DNA of 64,000 bases from Clostridiales bacterium (GTDB lineage: Bacteria > Bacillota > Clostridia > Oscillospirales > CAG-272). Location of the stretch: positions 3,062 to 67,061 of the forward strand of contig JAAYQM010000058.1 in NCBI GenBank assembly GCA_012519315.1. The letters are read 5' to 3'. The translations under genes were made by a program, and so were the position numbers. Shown one piece after another: positions 38,723 through 45,566 of the stretch. Under the pieces are notes generated by a model that worked only from the letters and a program-made list of their open reading frames with translations, did not search any database and was not told the DNA's origin. Each line of letters begins with the position of its first letter. The stretch's first letter is position 1.

Positions 38723-39610
38723 TTATCTTTCAATTCTCCTTTTACTGCTGAACACAAAAACCAATGCCGCAGAGACACACAATATAGTAAAAATCACCTT
38801 TGGCAATTTGTCAAAAGTCGGAGCTGCGGTATTACTGTCTGTCGATCCGGCGCCAACATCAAACTCTAACTTTTGCGCCTCGGTAAGATAACCGGGGGTC
38901 GGTTCGATCCAAAAGGCGGTCATGTTCAATCGCCATTTTTCTTCCGCTTTAACCGGCTTTCCGTATACTACCGCAAGATCGGGCATCGAAGGCTGAATTT
39001 TTCCATAATCAAGGGTTGCCATGGAAATGACATCATCATATCCCGAATTAGGCGTAAAATTACTCTCAACAATGCAAATTCCTCTATAACCGGAATTTTG
39101 CAGATTAAAGCGATCCGGATTCCCGGTTGCCGCTGAATTATCAGCGTCAATCGCAACCACACGAACATCGTCGCTTAAATCATAATACGCTCTGAAATCA
39201 GATATCGTAGCCCTCGCCTCATATGAATCAAAGTTCCAAAACCAGATCAAAACAACATCGCCCGGCGAGAGCAAGAACTCCGAAGGATTGTCAAAGGCTC
39301 TTGAGCGATCGACAAGAGAGGTAGAAAAGTTTCCGGAAACGAGCTCCGTTTTTTTGTTCGGACCGTTATAACTGGCGCTGGTGAGATCAGCGACATAGGC
39401 AATGCTGTAGTCGTATAAATCAATCGTCCTTCCAGAAGCGTTAAATATCTCAATATATTCAAAAACATCAGACGAAGCGTTATCAGCAACTATTTCGGTA
39501 ATTATTAAATCAGGAAGTTCAGGTTCTGTAGCTGTTATGGTGATCCCAGAGAATGCCAGTAACAAAACCATGCCAATAATTGTTATTTTCTTCAGCATTG
39601 CCTCCTCCAA
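38723..39610 (-). CDS. Secreted lamin-tail-domain (LTD) protein with C-terminal TM anchor
   Basis: Signal peptide, then LIITEIVADNASSDVFEYIEIFNASGRTIDLYDY, the LTD signature. The C-terminus has a hydrophobic stretch plus KRRIER. Confidence 0.55.
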   Translation of the reverse strand: MEEAMLKKITIIGMVLLLAFSGITITATEPELPDLIITEIVADNASSDVFEYIEIFNASGRTIDLYDYSIAYVADLTSASYNGPNKKTELVSGNFSTSLVDRSRAFDNPSEFLLSPGDVVLIWFWNFDSYEARATISDFRAYYDLSDDVRVVAIDADNSAATGNPDRFNLQNSGYRGICIVESNFTPNSGYDDVISMATLDYGKIQPSMPDLAVVYGKPVKAEEKWRLNMTAFWIEPTPGYLTEAQKLEFDVGAGSTDSNTAAPTFDKLPKVIFTILCVSAALVFVFSSKRRIER

Positions 39611-39782
39611 CCGTCAATATTTTTTACAAAATCTTATTATTATTATACAAACAAAGAGTACTATTGTCAACTTATACTTAGTATAAAAGCGCATTTGTTG
39701 CAGATATGTAAAAATAATAATTGCATATTTCATCAAAATATTTTATAATTAACTTATTAATTCTTTGGAAAGGAAGTTGAAT

Positions 39783-41648
39783 ATGGAAAAATTGGCAATT
39801 CTCGATTGCGGAGGACAATATACAAAGGTTATCGACCGCAAAGTCAGAGAGCTCGGTGTTTATTCGGACATTTTTCCCCTCGGAGTCGACTTTGACAAAA
39901 TAAAGGATTATCAGGCGCTTATATTAAGCGGGGGGCCCGCAAATGTATGGGGAGAAAATGCCCCGTCATACGATCATAGAATCTTTGAGCTCGGCGTACC
40001 TGTCTTAGGAATCTGCTACGGTATGCAGTTGATTAACGAACATTTCGGCGGCAAGGTTGAATCGGATGTTGCAGCCGAGTACGGCCCTGTCGATATCGAC
40101 GTAAATGAGGACTGTCCCCTTTTTGACGGTCTCGGAAAAAGGGAAACGGTTCTTATGAATCACTGCGACACTGTCATTAGAGTTGCTGACGGTTTTGAAT
40201 CTGTTGCCGCAGCGGGCAAGGTTGTTGCCGGTATATACAATCCTGAAAAGAGAATCATCGGCGTACAATTTCATCCTGAAGTTGACCTGACTGAAAACGG
40301 CAGACAAATGCTTAACAACCTTTTGCGCAAAATTTGCGGGTTGAAGGAAGTTTATGCCCTTGAGGACCGTATTCAAAACTCGATTAACATGATTCGTTCA
40401 CGAGTTGGAAATAATAAGGTTATGGTGCTTGTAAGCGGAGGTGTCGATTCAGCGGTTACAGCAGCACTTCTACTAAAGGCTCTTCCCGCCGAGAATATCT
40501 ATGGCATCCATGTAGACCATGGACTTATGCGCAAGGATGAAAGCGATATCATCTGCGAAAATCTGAAATCCCTCGGATTTAAAAACTTATTGCGCATTAA
40601 CGGTGAGACGCAGTTCTTTTATGAAAAAATCGATACCGGAGACAATAAACTTTCCGGGCCGTTGAGCGAGGTCTGCGATCCCGAGGTTAAGCGTAAAATT
40701 ATTGGGAGTATGTTTATCAAGGTCACCCGAGAGGCGGCTGAAAGCCTCGGACTTGATTTTGATACAACCTTTTTGGCACAGGGCACACTTCGACCCGATC
40801 TTATCGAAAGCGGAAATCCGGACATCAGCGGATATGCCAACACCATCAAAACCCATCATAATGACGTAGATATCGTCCGCCGTGCCCGTGAGCGCGGATT
40901 AATCATCGAAACCAACTGGGACTGGCACAAAGACGAAGTTCGCCAGGTAGCAAGAATGCTCGGTCTTGGCGAGGCTGTAGCCTCACGCCAACCCTTCCCC
41001 GGTCCGGGACTCGGCGTTCGTATAATCTGCAGCGATAAGGCTGCCACAGCGAGCCGGGAACAGAACTCGCGACTTCGCGCTCTAATAGATACCCTGACGA
41101 CCGGAAAATATGATACTCAAGTAGCGCCTATACGCAGCGTCGGCGTACAGGGAGATAACCGCAGCTATAAGAGCCTTGCGATAATGGCAGGAGGGTGCCT
41201 CGATGCCGACTTTGATGAGATTTTTTCTCTTGCCAGAACCATTCCAAACACCCTCGGCTTCATCAATCGCGTAGCCTTCCGATTAGATCATGACTCTTTT
41301 GACGGTACGCTTTTCAGCTCGCCCATGTTTATCTCTCCGGAGACCGCTTCACTTTTGCGGGAGATTGATCATATTACCACAAGCGAGCTGATGAATCCCA
41401 CCATCAGCCAATGCTTTGCTGTATTAATTCCGGTCTCTTCGACAAAGGGCAAAAAATATTCCGCCGTCCTGCGCGCCGTTGTCACCAACGATTTTATGAC
41501 CGCCCGCTCTGCCATCCCCGGACAGGATTTTTCGCTTGAAGCACTCCGTTATGCCGTCGAAAAAATCAAGACCGCATTCGGCGATAAAATTGATATGATC
41601 CTCTACGATGTCACCGGCAAACCACCGGCCACCATCGAGTGGGAATAA
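39783..41648 (+). CDS. guaA: GMP synthase (glutamine-hydrolyzing), long eukaryote-like form
   Basis: GATase motifs GICYGMQ and FHPEV, PP-loop SGGVDSAV, FLAQGTLRPDLIES, IKTHHND, and C-terminal GKPPATIEWE. The ATG at 39783 follows GGAAAGGAAG. Confidence 0.9.
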   Translation: MEKLAILDCGGQYTKVIDRKVRELGVYSDIFPLGVDFDKIKDYQALILSGGPANVWGENAPSYDHRIFELGVPVLGICYGMQLINEHFGGKVESDVAAEYGPVDIDVNEDCPLFDGLGKRETVLMNHCDTVIRVADGFESVAAAGKVVAGIYNPEKRIIGVQFHPEVDLTENGRQMLNNLLRKICGLKEVYALEDRIQNSINMIRSRVGNNKVMVLVSGGVDSAVTAALLLKALPAENIYGIHVDHGLMRKDESDIICENLKSLGFKNLLRINGETQFFYEKIDTGDNKLSGPLSEVCDPEVKRKIIGSMFIKVTREAAESLGLDFDTTFLAQGTLRPDLIESGNPDISGYANTIKTHHNDVDIVRRARERGLIIETNWDWHKDEVRQVARMLGLGEAVASRQPFPGPGLGVRIICSDKAATASREQNSRLRALIDTLTTGKYDTQVAPIRSVGVQGDNRSYKSLAIMAGGCLDADFDEIFSLARTIPNTLGFINRVAFRLDHDSFDGTLFSSPMFISPETASLLREIDHITTSELMNPTISQCFAVLIPVSSTKGKKYSAVLRAVVTNDFMTARSAIPGQDFSLEALRYAVEKIKTAFGDKIDMILYDVTGKPPATIEWE

Positions 41649-41765
41649 GCGCGAAAAGCCAAAGAATCCTTTATTCATGCGGCTTTTCGGGGCGTCACCC
41701 CCGCAAATGATAACAAAATGATAACCAACATTACTCCCGTGTGTGTTTTATAAAACCATAAATTA

Positions 41766-41801
41766 AGACCTTGCCGATTCCTTCGGCAAGGTCTGTTTTT
41801 T
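41766..41801 (+). terminator. Rho-independent terminator downstream of guaA
   Basis: AGACCTTGCCG/CGGCAAGGTCT stem followed by GTTTTTT. Confidence 0.75.
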
Positions 41802-41883
41802 ACGCGCCCGTTGATTAATCTTATATTATTCCCATTAGGTCGGGCTTTTATGCAAAAAATGCCTAAAATTTTTTCAAAACCTC

Positions 41884-41912
41884 TTGACATCTAAGAAAGT
41901 ATCCAGTATAAT
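41884..41912 (+). promoter_or_regulatory. Consensus sigma-A promoter for the xis-int operon
   Basis: TTGACA, a 17-nt spacer, then TATAAT (perfect hexamers). Confidence 0.65.
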
Positions 41913-42035
41913 AATCGGTGCTAATTTTACCATAAATGGAATACAGAGGTTTTGATACATATTTTTAGGCATCCTCAGTCCGTACATAGCCCGAATTTAT
42001 TCGGGCTAGAAATATTTTCAAGGAGGATTCTGTCT

Positions 42036-42236
42036 ATGTCTAAACCTCTGTTTATCAAGGTCGATGAGATCGCAAAGGAGCTGGGCGTTTCCAAATCATT
42101 CGCGTACCGGCTAAGCAAACAGCTGAACGAAGAATTAAGCGCCAAGGGGTATATCACCATCGCCGGCAGAGTTAGCCGCCAGTATTTCGAAGAAAAGCTC
42201 TATGGCGCCACCCTCCCTCAAAAGAAGGAGGGATAA
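42036..42236 (+). CDS. Excisionase-family / HTH DNA-binding protein
   Basis: 66 aa, MSKPLFIKVDEIAKELGVSKSFAYRLSKQLNEEL..., an HTH. RBS AAGGAGG. The stop is 2 nt before the int ATG. Confidence 0.65.
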   Translation: MSKPLFIKVDEIAKELGVSKSFAYRLSKQLNEELSAKGYITIAGRVSRQYFEEKLYGATLPQKKEG

Positions 42237-42238
42237 GT

Positions 42239-43315
42239 ATGGCTGCTTATAAAGACAAAAACGGAACCTGGTTTATTTCCTGCCGGTACAACAACTGGAA
42301 AGGCGAGAGAAAGCAAAAGCTCAAACGGGGCTTCTCTACCAAAAGAGAAGCCTTGGAATGGGAACGTAACTTTTTGCAGAAGCAAAAAGCGGATTTGGAC
42401 ATGCCTTTTGAAAGCTTTGTTGAGCTTTACCAGGAGGATCTGAAAAACAAAATCCGCCATCATACCTGGAAAATCAAAAACAACATGATCGCCTACAAAC
42501 TGGTTCCCTACTTTAAAAACAAAAAGCTTTGCGAAATCACGCCGCGGGATATCATCGCCTGGCAAAATGAGTTGATCGCGCAAGGCTACTCCGCAACCTA
42601 CCTTAAAAGCATCCACAATCAGTTGTCGGCGATATTTAATCACGCAGTCCAATTTTACGATTTAAAGTCCAATCCGGCCGCAAAAGTCGGCCCCATGGGC
42701 AAAAAGGAAAGCACGAAAGAAATGCTCTTCTGGACAAAGGAAGAGTATTTGAAGTTTGCTGACAGCGTCATGGACAAGCCCATGTCCTTTTACGCTTTTG
42801 AGATGCTTTACTGGTGCGGCCTGCGTGTCGGCGAGCTGCTGGCCTTAACCCCGGCCGACTTTGATTTCTCCAAAGGAACCGTATCTATCACAAAATCCTA
42901 CCAACGACTGAGCGGAAAGGATATCATAACCGACCCGAAAACGCCAAAGAGCAAGCGCGTCATTTCGATGCCGGATTTTTTGTGCGAAGAAATACAGGAA
43001 TATATCGCATCCCTCTATGGAATCCAACCATCAGACCGCATTTTCCCGATTACCAAAAGCTACTTGCACCATGAAATGACCCGAGGCGCTACGGCCGCCG
43101 GGGTCAAGCGTATTCGAATTCACGATCTGCGCCATTCCCATGTATCCCTGCTGATCGATATGGGCTTCACCGCCTTAGCGATTGCAGACCGATTGGGGCA
43201 TGAAAGTATCGATATCACCTACCGATACGCCCACCTGTTCCCGTCCAAGCAGGTTGAAATTGCCCAAAAACTGAGCATCGAAAGGAATGAGCCGAATGTC
43301 GCAGAAAAAACGTGA
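42239..43315 (+). CDS. int: Tyrosine recombinase / site-specific integrase
   Basis: N-terminal arm-binding-type AYKDKNGTWFISCRY, WCGLRVGELLAL (Arg I), HDLRHSHVSLL (HxxR) and ITYRYAHL (catalytic Tyr). Confidence 0.9.
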   Translation: MAAYKDKNGTWFISCRYNNWKGERKQKLKRGFSTKREALEWERNFLQKQKADLDMPFESFVELYQEDLKNKIRHHTWKIKNNMIAYKLVPYFKNKKLCEITPRDIIAWQNELIAQGYSATYLKSIHNQLSAIFNHAVQFYDLKSNPAAKVGPMGKKESTKEMLFWTKEEYLKFADSVMDKPMSFYAFEMLYWCGLRVGELLALTPADFDFSKGTVSITKSYQRLSGKDIITDPKTPKSKRVISMPDFLCEEIQEYIASLYGIQPSDRIFPITKSYLHHEMTRGATAAGVKRIRIHDLRHSHVSLLIDMGFTALAIADRLGHESIDITYRYAHLFPSKQVEIAQKLSIERNEPNVAEKT

Positions 43316-43619
43316 TAAGAAAAACCGCTGGCGCAACAAAATCGTTGCCTTCCGAATGTCGCCGGAAGAAGCCGCGCAATTGGACGTCTTTGTGAGGCTT
43401 TCCGGTCTGACCAAGCAGGACTACCTGATCGGCCGGGTCTTGCAAAGAGACATTGTGGTGCATGGTAATTCCAGAATCTATAAGGCTTTGCGAGATCAGT
43501 TGAGGGAGGTGCTGACGCAGCTGAAACGTATCGAAGCCTACTCGGCCGAAAACGAGGAGCTTTTGGAGCAAATTCAATTCATCACGCAAATTCTCCATGG
43601 ATTCAAGGAGGGTGTATGA
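43287..43619 (+). CDS. MobC-like / ribbon-helix-helix small protein
   Basis: KKNRWRNKIVAFRMSPEEAAQLDVFVRLSGLTKQDYLI resembles mobilization-accessory RHH proteins. A likely alternative start is at 43296, after AAAGGA. Overlaps the int 3' end. Confidence 0.45.
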   Translation: MSRMSQKKRDKKNRWRNKIVAFRMSPEEAAQLDVFVRLSGLTKQDYLIGRVLQRDIVVHGNSRIYKALRDQLREVLTQLKRIEAYSAENEELLEQIQFITQILHGFKEGV

Positions 43620-44701
43620 TTGTATATAAAGAGAAAAAGACTGTCCCCTATTCATCTGTTGGCCCAGATGAGGGACAGCCCTATTTCAAACATTCTGCTT
43701 ATACTATACCCCAAAACTCCATAAAAATCAATACTACGTATGAAATTCATAAAGAACAATTACAAACCGTCTCCTTAACTGAGTTGTACGATACCGTCTA
43801 TCATCCGAAAACGCAGATCATCACTAATCTGCTCTATTCGGGTGTCTATCTCTTCGCCGGCGCCCCAAAGGTGGGCAAATCCTTTTTCATGGCGCAACTG
43901 GGCTATCATGTCAGTAATCATAAATGCACCGTTCTTTATCTTGCCTTGGAAGACGATTACGCAAGACTGCAAAAACGGCTGGCTAAGATGTTCGGAACCG
44001 ACAGCACCGACAACTTCCACTTCGCTACCCAGGCCAAAAGCCTTAATCAAGGACTGGAACAGCAACTTTTAAACTTCCTTGCCGAGCATCCGGACACACG
44101 GTTGATCATCATTGACACCCTTCAAAAAATTCGTGAAAGTGGTGGTGACCGGTTCAGCTATGCCAGCGATTATGAAATTATTGCAAAGCTGAAAGCTTTT
44201 GCGGACAAGTATCATGTCTGCCTTTTGGTTGTTCACCACACACGAAAACAGCTGGCCGATGACAGCTTTGACACCATCTCCGGCACGAACGGATTGCTGG
44301 GCGCTGCGGACGGCGCTTTTATACTCCGCAAGCCCAAGCGGACCGACAACGTGGCAATTTTGGACGTTGTCGGCCGTGATCAGCAGGATCTGCGGCTGCA
44401 TCTGGAATTTGACCGTGAACGCTGCATCTGGCAGCTTACCAAAGCAGAGACGGCGCTTTGGCAGGAACCGCCCGATCCTCTGATTCAACGTATTCCCGGC
44501 TTAGTATCACAGAACTCTCCGGTATGGATCGGAAGTGCCACCGAACTTGTGAAACAGCTGGGACTTGATATGCAGCCCAATGTTCTAACCCGCCGGCTTA
44601 ACGTCAGCGCAGACCGGCTTTGGAACGACTATGGCATTCGTTATGAATGTTCCCGCCATCATACCGGCCGGCAAATCAAATTCACTTTGACCACCGGGTA
44701 G
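43616..44701 (+). CDS. RecA-fold AAA_25/RepA-like ATPase (replication/primase-helicase-associated family)
   Basis: Walker A FAGAPKVGKSFF, LYLALEDD, Walker B LIIIDTLQKI and LLVVHHTRKQ. It has an ATGA start/stop overlap with the preceding gene and RBS AAGGAGGG. Confidence 0.7.
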   Translation: MIVYKEKKTVPYSSVGPDEGQPYFKHSAYTIPQNSIKINTTYEIHKEQLQTVSLTELYDTVYHPKTQIITNLLYSGVYLFAGAPKVGKSFFMAQLGYHVSNHKCTVLYLALEDDYARLQKRLAKMFGTDSTDNFHFATQAKSLNQGLEQQLLNFLAEHPDTRLIIIDTLQKIRESGGDRFSYASDYEIIAKLKAFADKYHVCLLVVHHTRKQLADDSFDTISGTNGLLGAADGAFILRKPKRTDNVAILDVVGRDQQDLRLHLEFDRERCIWQLTKAETALWQEPPDPLIQRIPGLVSQNSPVWIGSATELVKQLGLDMQPNVLTRRLNVSADRLWNDYGIRYECSRHHTGRQIKFTLTTG

Positions 44702-44775
44702 CGTGACGGTCGTGACGGTCGTGACGATATTTTTGTGTACGATATTGGTATCTAAATATCGTCACATCGTCACGG
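44700..44775. repeat. Palindromic GTGACG iteron unit, copy 1
   Basis: Three direct CGTGACG(G/A)T units, a spacer, then TATCGTCACATCGTCACG (inverted). Overlaps the repA-like stop codon. Confidence 0.8.
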
Positions 44776-44828
44776 GCATTTAGTAAAACAAAAAACAATT
44801 TACCAAGCCGATAAAGGGTAGAAAAGGC

Positions 44829-44856
44829 TTATCACAGCTGGATTGTCTGTTATAAT
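44829..44856 (+). promoter_or_regulatory. Candidate promoter between the two repeat copies (extended -10)
   Basis: TTATCA, a 16-nt spacer, then TGtTATAAT, pointing into repeat copy 2 and the terminator at 45003. Confidence 0.35.
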
Positions 44857-44908
44857 AGCACCTTTTTCCGTAATTAACTGCATATATTATACGCTCTTGA
44901 AAATGGGC

Positions 44909-44975
44909 AGCGTGACGGTCGTGACGATATTTTGTGTACGATACTGCTATCTAAAATATCGTCACATCGTCACGG
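44909..44975. repeat. Palindromic GTGACG iteron unit, copy 2
   Basis: Near-identical to copy 1 but with two direct CGTGACG units. Lies 134 nt after copy 1. Confidence 0.8.
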
Positions 44976-45002
44976 CTAAGTCGCTGGACTTATACAAAAC
45001 CG

Positions 45003-45050
45003 AAAAGCAACATTGATAGATTTTCCGTCTATCAATGTTGCTTTTCTATT
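45003..45050 (+). terminator. Long-stem terminator closing the element's repeat region
   Basis: Perfect 18-bp stem AAAAGCAACATTGATAGA/TCTATCAATGTTGCTTTT followed by a CTATT tail. Confidence 0.6.
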
Positions 45051-45055
45051 CGCTT

Positions 45056-45425
45056 GGGGTCTTAGGGTCTCCCTAAAATCGAATTTGCGCCCGCAAATTC
45101 AGTGCTTGTTATAACAATATTTCGACCGGTATGTATCCGGGAAACGTTGAAGCTGAACAGATAAAAAGGCCACATAGCGACTGCAAAATTAGCAGTTGTT
45201 ATGTGGCTGGGTTACGATAGTATGTATAATATTGGGTTATGTGGGGAAAGCTAGACAGTTAAGTAACAGTAAGATATTACCATATTTGTTGTGTCATTGT
45301 CAAGAGGGATACGGGAAAAATATTCAACAGGAATTGACCCGCCGAAAAGAGAAAGCTTTGCTTTGTTGTAGCAAGTACTGAATTTGGCATGCCAAATTCC
45401 ATTTTTAGGGGAACCCTAAGACCCC
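45056..45425. mobile_element. Non-autonomous MITE with Tn3-family-like terminal inverted repeats
   Basis: Left end is GGGGTCTTAGGGTCTCCCTAAAATCGAATTTGCGCCCGCAAATTC. The reverse complement of the right end is GGGGTCTTAGGGTTCCCCTAAAAATGGAATTTGGCATGCCAAATTC. The interior of about 280 bp has no credible ORF. Confidence 0.65.
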
Positions 45426-45566
45426 GGGAAAGGGCCAGCGCCGCATATAGCGGCGCTTTATTGAACTTTGATGAATCTCCTAAATCAATCATCAATAAAT
45501 TTTATAACAAATTTCCATATAAGTTCAACAGTTTCGACAACGGCTGTCATAAGATTAGATTAAGAA

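Larger units (their letters stand above)
41802..45050 (+). mobile_element. Putative small integrative (mobilizable/replicative) element next to the guaA 3' end. Boundaries not defined.
   Basis: A translationally coupled HTH/xis-int-MobC-like-RepA-like gene set, followed by an iteron-like repeat region and a strong terminator. No att repeats were found by eye. Confidence 0.5.

Noticed and set aside
39611-39782. Purine/guanine riboswitch upstream of guaA
   Set aside because: The region is AT-rich and lacks the conserved three-way-junction core (UAUA...GGAUAUGG...CUACC...CCGACUA).
41675-41890. 71-aa minus-strand ORF downstream of guaA
   Set aside because: It spans a plus-strand terminator and promoter, and has an Arg/Asn-rich composition with no RBS.
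44700-44975. Possible CRISPR array, given the repeated GTGACG-containing units
   Set aside because: There are only two large copies, each internally palindromic with 9-bp sub-repeats. There is no regular repeat-spacer periodicity and no cas genes. It fits an origin or oriT better.
44904-45017. 37-aa ORF (MGSVTVVTIFCVRYCYLKY...) within repeat copy 2
   Set aside because: It has no RBS. Its sequence is dictated by the DNA palindrome, and the equivalent frame in copy 1 is not linked to a start codon.
41640-45566. att direct repeats or a tRNA gene defining the element's ends
   Set aside because: Only short (8-nt) AT-rich matches such as CGAAAAGC were seen by eye, below significance. No tRNA-like cloverleaf was found. 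The boundaries are left undefined rather than guessed.
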